A stretch of 60,620 bases of DNA from Anaeromyces robustus (lineage: Eukaryota), in contig MCFG01000203.1 of NCBI GenBank assembly GCA_002104895.1, forward strand, positions 62,001-122,620. The letters are read 5' to 3'. Each line of letters opens with the position of its first letter. Positions within the stretch are counted from its first letter, which is position 1. The notes below the pieces were generated by a model. It was not told the DNA's origin, ran no database searches, and saw only the letters and a list, made by a program, of their open reading frames with translations. Shown here in pieces: positions 1-11,328 of this stretch. Made by a program: the position numbers and the translations under genes.

Positions 1-287
1 ATTTTTTATTTTTATTTTTTATTTTTATTTTATTTTGTTTTGTTTGTTTATTTTTATTATTTATTATTTTTTTGTTTTTATTTCCTTTTTTAATTTAATT
101 TTATTTTATATTTGATTTTATTGCATTCTTTTATATGTTATATTTTGCTTTTTTTCAATGCCATTTTATATTTTTTATGTATAAAAAAAAAATAACAATT
201 TTTTTTTTTTATAATATATAAAAATGATATATATATATTTATTTTCTATATATATTTAAATTCTCCAAGAATAATAAATTATTGAAT

Positions 288-642
288 TTACTCTTCATTA
301 ATTGGGTGGTATTGAGCATCATTTCTAAGAGCTTCATAGTTTTCATCTCTGTAAACAATACAGATATACCAACCATGAATAATACCTATATTTGTTATTA
401 TATATATATATTTTTTAGTTTTTTTTTTTTTTTTAGTAATGTAATCAATAATATTGTAAATAATTTATAAATTAAGCATTTATAAAATATAAAATTTTTT
501 AATTACCTGGAACAACACCAATTAAGAAACAAATAAGATTAATCCAGAAATCTTGAAGAAGACCTCTCTTAAAGAAAACAGCGAGAGGTGGAAGGAAAAA
601 AGCGAGAACTAAATATAAAAGATCTTTAATAGTGAAATGCAT
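288..642 (-). CDS. PMP3/UPF0057-family plasma-membrane proteolipid, 77 aa, 2 exons (642-507, 385-288)
   Basis: Spliced translation MHFTIKDLLYLVLAFFLPPLAVFFKRGLLQDFWINLICFLIGVVP/GIIHGWYICIVYRDENYEALRNDAQYHPINEE*. The LPPLAV...G...FWINL...PGIIH pattern is the PMP3 signature. GT..AG intron 506-386. Missed by the ORF track because it is spliced. Confidence 0.9.
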
Positions 643-1885
643 TTTGACTATATAATATTAATATTAATAAAATAAATTAAAAAAAAAAATTAATATATAA
701 TTTATTTTATAAATACAAGTATGTTTATTAATGTAAATTTAATAATATTAATATATGTTTTCCTTTTAAAAGAAAAAAAAATAAAATGTAGTTTATTTTA
801 ATAAAATATAAAAAAAAAATATATGGTCTATTAATTAAAGAAATGTATAATCTTAAATAGTGAAAATATTGTATTAACATGTAAATAGATATATATAAAG
901 TGAAAATATTGTATTAATAAATACACAAATATATATAATATTTTTCTTAAATTTATTAATACTACTAATAGAATTAAATCATTTATATAAATATTATATT
1001 TTATAAAAATAATCAATAATTTTAAATTTAATCGATATTTACTTTTATTATTTAAATATTTTTTTTACTTTAAAAAAAAAATACAAATAATTTTTTTTTT
1101 CTCGATTTAATTATAATATTTATTTATTTATTTATTTATTTATTTACTTATTATTTATTTATTATAATATATAATAATAACTCAATTATTATTATTAAAG
1201 AATATAACCGTATTTTTTTAATAAGAAATAAACAAATGAAAATATAAATATATAAATAAATAACTATTAAAAGTAAATAAATAACTATTATAAGTAAATA
1301 AATAAATAATTAATTAATTAATTATTTAAATTTTATTTATTTATTTATTATATTAATATATTCTTAAATATATATTCTTAAATATATTACATAAGCATTT
1401 TTTTCAAATAAATAATGAATCTTAATAATTAAAAAGTTAATTTATTATTAAATTTATTTTTTATTTTATTAATTATATAGATGAAAATGATTAAAATGAT
1501 TCTTTCTAATAAAAATTTTTTTTCTTTATATTATAATTATAATATATTATTTATATTAATTAAATTAAATTTTTTTCTTTATATATTATTATTATTTAAT
1601 ATTTTATATTTTTATTGGTTGTAAAAATTTAAAAATTTAAAAAATACATATTTATTTAATGTATTCTACTTAATGTTAAAAGTCAAACTTTCAACTTTAT
1701 TAATATTTTATGAATATGAGTTACAAGTTAAATTACATGCTTTTATACAAAGTGACTTAAACGTAAAAGTTAATACATTACTTTTAATACTTTTAATAAA
1801 TTAATTATAATTTGATTAAATTTTAATTATAATTTTTTTTTTTATATTAGAATATTTCATAATGCCAAATAATGTATAGTAAGAA

Positions 1886-1967
1886 ATGTTAAAAAAAAAA
1901 GAAAAATTCATAACATTTCATTAAAATAAATTATTAATGAAATGTTATGAATATTTTTTTTTAACAT
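1886..1967. repeat. Foldback inverted repeat (~80 bp)
   Basis: attcataacatttcattaa (1906-1924) and ttaatgaaatgttatgaat (1934-1952) are perfect reverse complements; pairing extends imperfectly to atgttaaaa.../...ttttaacat. Confidence 0.7.
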
Positions 1968-3148
1968 AGATATTGAAATTACATTTGCTATCATGGAGAA
2001 ACTTAAGAAGGAATATAATAAAAAAAAAAGAATCTAAGGATACAAGATATTAGTAAGGAAAGCTATTCTCTTTAAAAGTATCAAACTTAAAGAAATGCTC
2101 AAATATTTTTAAAAGTATTAAGGAAACCTTTGGTATTCTTGACAGAAAGGAATATAAATTTGGAGTTTTTGAAAAAGTAAAAAGCATTACCTTTTGAAAT
2201 TTAGTTAAAAATTACTGTTGACGATGATTAATAATGAAAATCCTTATGAATTTTTAAAATTAACCAAAAAGACTTGTAAATGCTTTCTAAAATATTAATA
2301 ATGAAACATTAATTAGAAATGAAAAAGAGGTTAAATAAATAAAAAAAAAAATTAAAAATATATAACCAGGAAATAAATAATTATCAAATAAAATATAAAT
2401 AAAATATTAATAAATAAAGTTTATATTATAACCAGAATACTATTTGCTTTGAATAATAATAATAATAATAATAATTATAATTAATTTAATAAAATATTAC
2501 TTTTTTTTTTTATTTATTATCATTATTATTAAATAACTGCCTAAAAATAAATAAATAATAAATATTGAAAAATTTTATAAAATTAATTTTTTATAGTGGT
2601 TTTATATTTATTTTCCTATATTATTTCCTCTTATAACGTTTTTATTACTACTATTTAAATAAAATTATATATTATATATAAAAATAATTTATTTTTTTTC
2701 TTATATATATATTTCAATTGAATTTAAATGCATTTTCTTAATTTTTATATTTATTAAAAAATACATGTTAAATATATATATATATATATAATAAATAATT
2801 TCACACATATGAACATTTTATTTAAAAAGTATTTTTAATAATTTAATTACTTAAAACAAAACATTATATCGAGTTTACTCTTTTTAAAAGAAAAAATATA
2901 TATAATATATTTTTTCAATTTAAAAAAAATTCTCTTTTTCTATCAATTTTTTTTTAATTTCTAATTAATTTTATTATAAATTTATAAATAATTAAAATCT
3001 TTTTGAACAAATTAAAGATAAATTATATTAATAAATTGGTTAAATAGTCAATTTAATAAAATAATTCAATTCAACAAAAAAAAAATATAATAAAAAGAAA
3101 TTGAAATAAAAAAAAAAGTTAAAAAATAAATATTAATAATATATACAA

Positions 3149-3429
3149 ATGTTGATATTAGTATTATTATGTATAATTCTAATTGCCATTTTTGTCTTAT
3201 TATCTATTTATTTGATTATTCAAATAATAAAATGTAATAAGGCAGTGAAAGAAAGTAAAAATCGACTTTTACAATATGGTGCTAAAACTGCTATATTGAG
3301 TTATGGAAAAATGAATTATGTTGATAAAGGAAGTAATGATGAAAATATTATTCTTTCAGTTCATGGTATTTTTGGTGGTTATGACCAAGGTTATGATGCC
3401 TATAAAGATTTTAGGGATAGTTCAGATTC

Positions 3430-3463
<34 letters not shown>

Positions 3464-4108
3464 TATAGAATTATTGCACCTTCAAGATTTGGATATTTAG
3501 GTAGTGATATAATGGGTAATGGAACACCTAAAGAACAAGCTAAAGCTTATATAGAATTATTAAATAATTTAAAAATTGATAAAGTATTTGTATTAGCAAC
3601 TTCTGCAGGTGGAAGTCCAGCTATACGTTTTGCTTTAGATTATCCAGAAAGAGTAAAAGGTTTAATTTTATATTGTAGTGCTATGCCTTTTTATGAAAAA
3701 CCTAAAAAAATCATTAAATATGCTGGTCCACCACCATTTATATGTAATAATTTTCTTATGTTTTTAATGAAACCATTATTTAAACTCATTATGGGTATGG
3801 AACCTTCTACTATATATAGTATATTACCTATTAATGATAGGAAAAATGGAGTAATCATAGATGCTTCTATAACCAATTTAGATATGGCAAAAAATTATGA
3901 TGAATATGCCGTTGAGAAATTAAAAGTTCCTACTATAGTTTTCCAAGCTAAAGATGATAAATTAATAAATTATATTGATACTGAAAAATCTATAAAACGT
4001 TTTCCTAATTGTACTTTTATTTCATTTGAAAATGGTGGTCATTTAATGACAGGACATGAAGAAGAAATTCGTAAGGAAGTTTCTAAATTTGTTTCAACCT
4101 ATCATTAA
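3149..4108 (+). CDS. Alpha/beta-fold hydrolase with N-terminal membrane anchor/signal, intronless, 319 aa
   Basis: HG oxyanion motif (SVHGIFGG), APSRFGYLGS, nucleophile elbow ATSAGG, ALDYPERVKGLIL, acid region QAKDDKL and catalytic His GGHL; hydrophobic N-terminus. Confidence 0.9.
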
Positions 4109-5115
4109 ATATATATATATATATATATATAGTCCAGTTTAAACTTTCTTTTCATTCATGATTCCTCTTTTATTATTTTATTTATTATATATATTATAAA
4201 TCCTTAATTATTCATACTTTATATATCACAAATATCTATATAGATGATAGTTATTTTCTAAAGTTTTTAGAGGATTACTTAAAAAGCTTAATAAAATAAA
4301 AGACAAATGTTGATTAATTATAATATATATATATATATATATATAAGGTTGATGAAATATTTATAAATAGTATTATTTGAAAGGAATAATATTCTATCTT
4401 TCCTTCTTCATATTTGATATTATATCAAAAATGATTTAAGTAGTATTAATAAAAACAATAAAAATTGTAATGAAAATAATTAAAAAAAAAAAAAAAAAAT
4501 ACAAAATATAACCTTTTAACTATCTTAATAATTATGAATAATTATTTTCTTATATAAAAAATTAATATATATTAAATTCATTATAATTTGTTTTTATAGT
4601 TTATATAAAACATAATTATTATTATAATAAAAATAAAAATAAAAATTAAAAGAAAACATAATGATTATTATAATAAAAATAAAAATAAAAATAAAAATTA
4701 AAAGAAAAAAATTGCAAACAATTATAAGTAAAAAAAGGGTAACATTTTTTTTTAATTTATTTTCAAAATTAAAGAGGGTAGTATTTTTTTTTCTTTTTAA
4801 TATATAAAAATAAGTACAAAAAATTGGTTAACATAATGAATTTTTTCTATAGTAATAATGGTAATGTAACAAAATACAAAATAAATATAAAGAAAAATAT
4901 AAAATAGAAAAAAAAAATTTTTTTTCTTTATATGGTAAATTTATACAAAGTAAAATAGAATAATACTAATAATAATAATAAAAAGAAATGTAGTTTTAAA
5001 CAAAATAACAATATATATATAAAAATACAAAAAAATTGGTTAACAAAATGAAATTTTTTTTTTATAGAAATAATGTGACAAAATACAAAATAAATATAAA
5101 GAAAAATATAGAATG

Positions 5116-5149
<34 letters not shown>

Positions 5150-5201
5150 GTTTTTATTTTGTATAAAAATATACAAAATAAAACATAATAATACTAATAA
5201 T

Positions 5202-5204
<3 letters not shown>

Positions 5205-5242
<38 letters not shown>

Positions 5243-8200
5243 GCAATAAAATAATGAAAATTTTATTTAAATTTAATTTAAAAAGTACATGTTATAAAGT
5301 AATTGTACATATTAAAACTTAATCTAATAAAGAATAATAATTTATTATTTAATAGATAGTAATAATTTATAATTACTTCATATGGTATAGTGTATATTAT
5401 TAAATTAAATCAAGTTGGAAAGTTATTATCATTATTAGATGCGTGTGACCTACTGTCTTGTCCTACTGAATTGTCAGCTTCGACGCTCTTGGTTAGATTG
5501 TTGGGATACCTATTGAATAATGACCAGATCTGGCCACTAACAGTAGGCATAATTCTAAGTAAAAGTGCGGATGTACGTACCAAAAGTGGAACATCCGAAA
5601 AGGTGCTAGGTTTAAGTTGCGCCTTACAAAGACTGTTCCACTCCTCTTTCCCCAAGTTATAATGATTAACTCTTCCACCAAGAAGGAAATAATATACCCT
5701 ACTCCATTCCAACGAGTTGGAATGAAAATTTACCCCACTTGAAGCATTACTAACTAAATTATTATAATTAATACTATTATTTAAACTATTATTATTGTTG
5801 TTGATACTATAACTGAAAGTATTATTTAAGTTGTAAGTTAAACTAACATAATGAATAAAACTATTAGAAACTAAGAAAGTATTATTTCGTGAAGAATTCT
5901 CCAAGGAGGAGAAATTGTTGAAGTAATTAAAACCAAAAAAAATGTTGTTGACAGTTAAATTATTAATGAATTGAGAGTAGTTGTATAGAAAATATGTAGA
6001 TAAGCTAGTACTATTACTATTACTAACATTATTAATATTACTATTATCATTGCTATTACCATTATTATTACTATTAATATTAATATTACTATTACTACTG
6101 CTATTATTATTATAGATATTATCATAAATATTATTATTGTAGTTATTATTAAAATTATTAGAAAAGTTGATATTATCAGAACTAACTAAAGGTTTTCGAT
6201 TAACATACAAATAAATGGTTTCAAGATTGCCAAATAACTTAGAACGCCAATGATCGAATGTTGGGCATTCTAAAATCCAATGTTCGAAGGTTTGACTACC
6301 GCCTTTACAACAAGGACAGTAATCAGGGCAAGAGTCGGATACAAGTTTAGCGGCTTTAGCAATTTCACTATTGAATTTATAACCACTACGTATTTTGAGG
6401 AGCCAATTAAAGCCATAAGCCAAGTTAGGGTATTCAAGTTCAAGATGTAAATAATCACGAGATAATTCAAGGTGATTATCACAATAGGTAACAGCTTTAA
6501 CGGAGTCTTTTTTGACATCTCTATTCCAATAAAAAGTCAAGATATCTTCTCTAGAGCCAATTTTAGAAAGTTTCTTTGATAAAGTTCTGCTTTCTTTAGC
6601 CCATGTGTATTTTCTCATCTTCGGAATAATAGTAACTAACTTGGAAATAATACAATTAGAGTCTGCCCATCTCTTAAAACATTTATCTTGAGCAATGGCA
6701 CATTTGGCAGAAAGAGGAGGAATATTAAGATCTTTAGATACATTATATAAAGATATGAAGGAAGAGCGCTTCCTAAGACCTGCAATCCAAGAGAGTCCTT
6801 TATTAATTAGCCTTTGAGCACCGTTTGTTCTAGTTTTATTAGATCCAAGTAAAGGTGCAACGTATGATACTTGACTGACAACAACCGAATTAAAAACTGA
6901 TTTCTTGAAGGATATAGGCATATAAGGATTAATTAAAAATCCTCTAACAGAAAAAAGCGCTTTCCTAACTTTATTATTCGTCGATTTAATTATCGGTTTA
7001 AGAGATAAATCACTATCAAAAGGAATTCCCAAATACGTATAACAATTAGTTTTTGGAATAATTTGACCAGCAAGGTAAAAGGTAGGGTCACCTTTAACTT
7101 TAGAATTTTCTGCTTTTACAACCGTAGTTCCACATTTACCAATTCCGAATTCCATAAGGTTAAATTTAGCCCAATCATTAACTTTTTTCAAAAGCTTATT
7201 TAGTTTACTTCTAGTAGGTGCACAAAGGACAATATCATCGGCAAAGAGGCCCCCACAACAGTATTCGTTATCAATACAAACTCCATATTCGTTACAATCT
7301 CGAAAAATATCGTTGATGAAAAGGTTAAATAAGATAGGAGAGAGGGGACAACCCTGTCTAACACCTTTCTCAATATTGAAAGTATCCGAATATTGAGAGT
7401 CAAGTTTCACACAAGCTTTGGAAGATAAGTATAAGTTTTTAAGGAAATTATAACATTTTCCTCTAATTCCTAAGCATTCAAGTTTATTCAGAATATTATA
7501 AATAGGAACTGAATCATAAGCTTTTTTAAGGTCTAAAAAAGCCAAATAAGTATCTTTTCCCATATTCTGTCTGGTCTGACATATAGTACGAATGGAGACA
7601 AATAAACTGATACATTCTTCTTTATTACGAAAACCAAATTGTTCAGGTCTAATGAAATTATTCTTGTAAGCATATGTTGAGATTCTGGTAGTAACAATTT
7701 TTGAGATAATTTTAATACAGTTATTGATCAGGGATATACCTCTATAATTATTACAGTCATATAAGTCTCCTTTTTTAGGGATAGAAACAATACAAGCAGT
7801 ATTCCATAAATCCGGAAAGTCACCATCCCAAATACGGTTGTAAAATAAATGTAGAAAAGAGAGACCATAATTAGTAATATCAGAAGAGTCATCGGAGTTT
7901 CCAAAATCAGTAGAAATAGCTTTAAAAAATTCAATAGGAACATCATCAGGACCTGAAGCTTTAAATTTAGGGATATCAGAAATAGCTGATCGAATTTCCT
8001 CAATACTAATTTCACCATTAATATCCCACTCTATATTATTGCTGAAGTTATATAACTTATGGTTGGCAGGGTTGGACCAAAAAGGTTTATATAAACTATG
8101 ACCAGTAGAATCAGAAGCTAACTTTTCATAATGGTCATGCCAAACGTTAAGTTGTTCACGAGAAGAATAAACAATGTTGTCATCGTTATCTTTAATAGGA

Positions 8201-9919
8201 TGAAGTGAAAAGTTAGATGATTTACCAATTTTAGTATTCTTTTTGATCCATTTCCACCAATTCCTAGAATCTTTATTAATAGCCAACTGACACCCAACTG
8301 AAACCCAATGTTGATATTCAAGCATACGAAAGTGATTACACATCTTGTGGATATTATCACACAGCTTCTGATAATTATTGATAAGTCTAATATAATCATC
8401 AAGGGCACGAACAGAACCCAATTTTTTAATATCTTTGTAAGCCTTAACTTTGAGTTTCTGAAGGTTAAAGATTTTTTGAGACATATGAAACATAGATTCA
8501 TGAATATCAGGAGTAGATATAATTTCCAATTCATCAGCAATAGAATTAGCAGTAGATACAAACATATCATATATAGCATTAGAAGAATAATAATTATCTG
8601 TACATTCCTTCATAAGAATACTAAATCTATTACTAGTAGCAATTTTAATACTTTCGTCCAGACATTTGATTCTATTCCAACGAGCTGGTTTTTTAGGGAG
8701 TGAGAAAGTATTATTATCATCAAAATAATTTCCAAAAACAAGAAGAGGCTTATGATCGGAGATAGGAGAGAAATCAATAATTGAAGCTGAAGACAGAAGA
8801 TTTTTCATGGGTTCATTAATAATAGCATGGTCAATAGCAGAGGAACGACTTCCACTTACCCACGAGATAGGAGAACCATTGAGTTGAAATAAATACCAGC
8901 CATTTATATTAGAAACCCAATTTTGAATATCTTCAAGATTAATGTTAAAATCGCCAAGGAGAATAGAAGGATGATGTAAGTGAAGAGAAAACCATGTACA
9001 AGCTTCTGCTTTAGCAGATTTATGGTGTAAACTATGCCCTTTCTGAGGTATATAAATATTTCCAATAGAACACTTAGTGAAGTTCCACAAGGAATATGTC
9101 GTAACTGAGATAATATAATTCAAAGAAAAATCTTCAATAGAAGTCTGTAAAGACCTATTATAAAAGATATATAAACCTCTCAAACCAGGAATTGTATTAT
9201 TTGCTCTCTTACAGAAATATTTATATTTAGGTAAAGTGATTTTACAAGGAATAACATTACTAGAATTAGTACCATTACCAGTTTCTTGAAAACAAACAAA
9301 TAGCGGTTTAAAGAGACTAAAGAAATACAGAATACCATCTCTTTTCTTGTTATTCCACCCGTTAGTGTTCCAACTAAGACAAAAGGAAAATTCATTCAAA
9401 TTGTTCTTAGAAGTAAAAGAATTGTTGATTTCAGAAAAGTCAGTAATATTAATATCCTTAATGTTCTTTTTAGAGTGGCAAAGTTTTCTCCTGATAAGAG
9501 CAAAGGAAGGCTTGTGATTCTTCCTACTACATCGATGAAAGTTAATGGAACATTTTTTAATAATTAATTTGAAACTATCAATAAATTTATTAATATTCTC
9601 CTCAGAAGCTGTAGTTTTAATTTGATATAAATTATCATTAAGAAGAGAGGAATGTTTAACAGCAACGATGGTATTATTAAACTCAGGGAAATTCTTCTCA
9701 AGAAAATTTCTAAATTTTGGAAGAGTCCAAGAACGAATGCGACGGATAAAAATAACATAAGTATCTGAGATATCAATACCATGACACCTAATACCCCGTC
9801 TGATATAGTTAATCTTATTAGTATAGTTCGTATGATCCATTTGATAAGGCTGATAAGAATCTATATAAAAAAAAAATAATAAAATAAAAAAAATATAAAT
9901 GTATTATAATAGAAAATAG

Positions 9920-9964
<45 letters not shown>

Positions 9965-10574
9965 ATTTTAATATATAATTAAAAAATAAAAAAGTATATA
10001 AAAAAAAACTTAGCAATGAAAAGAATTATAGTAAATGACTGAGAAATATTGTTGAGAGAAAAAGTAAGAGATTCAACTGTGTAGTTGTATATATAATTTA
10101 ACGTTGTGAATGATGTATTAGTGAATAAAAAAACTTTTATTGTTGGTATGTAAAAAATTGTATTGTATAGTATTTATTGTGCTGTATTGATTGTGCTGTA
10201 TATAAGAATAATAGTGTAGAATTGATAGAAACATAAAAAACTTAATTGTAAAAAGAACTGCAATATAAACTAAATAACATAAATAGTGTAAGGTAATTAT
10301 TTCAAAGAAAAAAAAAAAAAATGGATTGTAATAAAAAGTCGTACTTTTTATTACTAACATTATCATTGCGCATAATGTTACCTACTTCTTTAACCGAATA
10401 GTGAATATAAATAATCATTACACCAAGCATTATCATTGCGCATAATGCCCAACTTAGATACAAGTACAATATCATAAGTTGTAACAATGCCATTGACGTC
10501 GCCATGTCTCGACAGGCATTCTTCCTCTTCCGACCATTCCAATAAATTGGAAAGTACAGGACCTCAGAAGAGGG
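5205..10574 (-). mobile_element. Full-length non-LTR retrotransposon (LINE), copy 1
   Basis: Poly(T) 5204-5241 is the poly(A) tail on the minus strand. TSD actaataataat at 5193-5204 and 10575-10586. Identity with copy 2 stops exactly at ...gaagaggg (10574). Contains an intact APE-RT ORF. Confidence 0.95.
5410..9840 (-). CDS. LINE polyprotein: N-terminal domain + AP-like endonuclease + reverse transcriptase + CCHC zinc knuckle, 1476 aa
   Basis: APE motifs SWNTNG, FQET, NIYIP, GDFN, IDH, SDH. RT motifs GPDD, NYRGISL, QFGFR, DLKKAYDSV, GVRQGCPLSP, FADD. Knuckle CPCC-x8-H-x4-C (CPCCKGGSQTFEHWILEC). Confidence 0.95.
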   Translation of the reverse strand: MDHTNYTNKINYIRRGIRCHGIDISDTYVIFIRRIRSWTLPKFRNFLEKNFPEFNNTIVAVKHSSLLNDNLYQIKTTASEENINKFIDSFKLIIKKCSINFHRCSRKNHKPSFALIRRKLCHSKKNIKDINITDFSEINNSFTSKNNLNEFSFCLSWNTNGWNNKKRDGILYFFSLFKPLFVCFQETGNGTNSSNVIPCKITLPKYKYFCKRANNTIPGLRGLYIFYNRSLQTSIEDFSLNYIISVTTYSLWNFTKCSIGNIYIPQKGHSLHHKSAKAEACTWFSLHLHHPSILLGDFNINLEDIQNWVSNINGWYLFQLNGSPISWVSGSRSSAIDHAIINEPMKNLLSSASIIDFSPISDHKPLLVFGNYFDDNNTFSLPKKPARWNRIKCLDESIKIATSNRFSILMKECTDNYYSSNAIYDMFVSTANSIADELEIISTPDIHESMFHMSQKIFNLQKLKVKAYKDIKKLGSVRALDDYIRLINNYQKLCDNIHKMCNHFRMLEYQHWVSVGCQLAINKDSRNWWKWIKKNTKIGKSSNFSLHPIKDNDDNIVYSSREQLNVWHDHYEKLASDSTGHSLYKPFWSNPANHKLYNFSNNIEWDINGEISIEEIRSAISDIPKFKASGPDDVPIEFFKAISTDFGNSDDSSDITNYGLSFLHLFYNRIWDGDFPDLWNTACIVSIPKKGDLYDCNNYRGISLINNCIKIISKIVTTRISTYAYKNNFIRPEQFGFRNKEECISLFVSIRTICQTRQNMGKDTYLAFLDLKKAYDSVPIYNILNKLECLGIRGKCYNFLKNLYLSSKACVKLDSQYSDTFNIEKGVRQGCPLSPILFNLFINDIFRDCNEYGVCIDNEYCCGGLFADDIVLCAPTRSKLNKLLKKVNDWAKFNLMEFGIGKCGTTVVKAENSKVKGDPTFYLAGQIIPKTNCYTYLGIPFDSDLSLKPIIKSTNNKVRKALFSVRGFLINPYMPISFKKSVFNSVVVSQVSYVAPLLGSNKTRTNGAQRLINKGLSWIAGLRKRSSFISLYNVSKDLNIPPLSAKCAIAQDKCFKRWADSNCIISKLVTIIPKMRKYTWAKESRTLSKKLSKIGSREDILTFYWNRDVKKDSVKAVTYCDNHLELSRDYLHLELEYPNLAYGFNWLLKIRSGYKFNSEIAKAAKLVSDSCPDYCPCCKGGSQTFEHWILECPTFDHWRSKLFGNLETIYLYVNRKPLVSSDNINFSNNFNNNYNNNIYDNIYNNNSSSNSNININSNNNGNSNDNSNINNVSNSNSTSLSTYFLYNYSQFINNLTVNNIFFGFNYFNNFSSLENSSRNNTFLVSNSFIHYVSLTYNLNNTFSYSINNNNNSLNNSINYNNLVSNASSGVNFHSNSLEWSRVYYFLLGGRVNHYNLGKEEWNSLCKAQLKPSTFSDVPLLVRTSALLLRIMPTVSGQIWSLFNRYPNNLTKSVEADNSVGQDSRSHASNNDNNFPT

Positions 10575-11328
10575 ACTAATAATAATAATAATAATAAAAT
10601 TAATATAGTTTAAACAAAATAAAAAAATTGATACAATAAAATAAAAAAATTAATACGGTTTAAACAAAATAAAAAAATTAATACGGTTTAAACAAAATAA
10701 AAAAAAAATAGAGCAATTTAAAAGTTTAAACAAAATAAAAAAAAAAAAAAAAATAGAACAATTTAAAAGTTTAAATTAAATAAAAAAAATAAAAACAAGA
10801 TAGAATAAAAAAAAAAGAATATAATATTAAACAGAATAATTTATGTATATATTTTCATTTTTTATTTAGTATTTTAATGTTTTATTTTTTCATTTTTTTT
10901 TATATTATTTTATCTTAAACTATTAATTTTTTTTTAATTGAAAAACGAATAATTATAAATTATTATTTAATTTACCAGAAAAACAATGTTTTTAATTATA
11001 TATACTGAAAAAGTATATGAAAAAATAATAAAAAAAGTTAATAAAAAAAAAATTTTTTTTTTAAAATTGTTGTATTTTTTAAATTTCGAATTTGATATTT
11101 CGGTATATAATAATTTAATTATTATTATGTTAATATAATAATTATTTGAAGGTTTATTTGTTTGATTGATTATTTATTTATTTTATTTTTGTTTTTGTTT
11201 TTTTTTTTTTTTGGTTTTCTTGCTTGATTGTTTGTTTTTATTAATTGATATAATTAATATTTTATTTTTTATATTTATATATTTTTATAATTTCATATTT
11301 TATATAAAATTTTTATTTATTTATTTAT

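Noticed and set aside
4810..5125. ~100-bp imperfect direct repeat left of LINE copy 1, and short tandem repeats at ~10600-10780, as LTRs or element termini
   Set aside because: They lie outside the TSD and are absent around copy 2, so they are host flanking repeats.
5390..9782. Short overlapping and antisense ORFs inside the LINE ORF (repeated in copy 2)
   Set aside because: They are shadows of the long ORF, and they recur only because the element is duplicated.
10520..10574. Hammerhead or HDV ribozyme at the LINE 5' end
   Set aside because: CTGAGGT does not match CUGANGA, there is no correctly placed GAAA, and I could not build the HDV double pseudoknot by eye. Kept only as a generic structured RNA.
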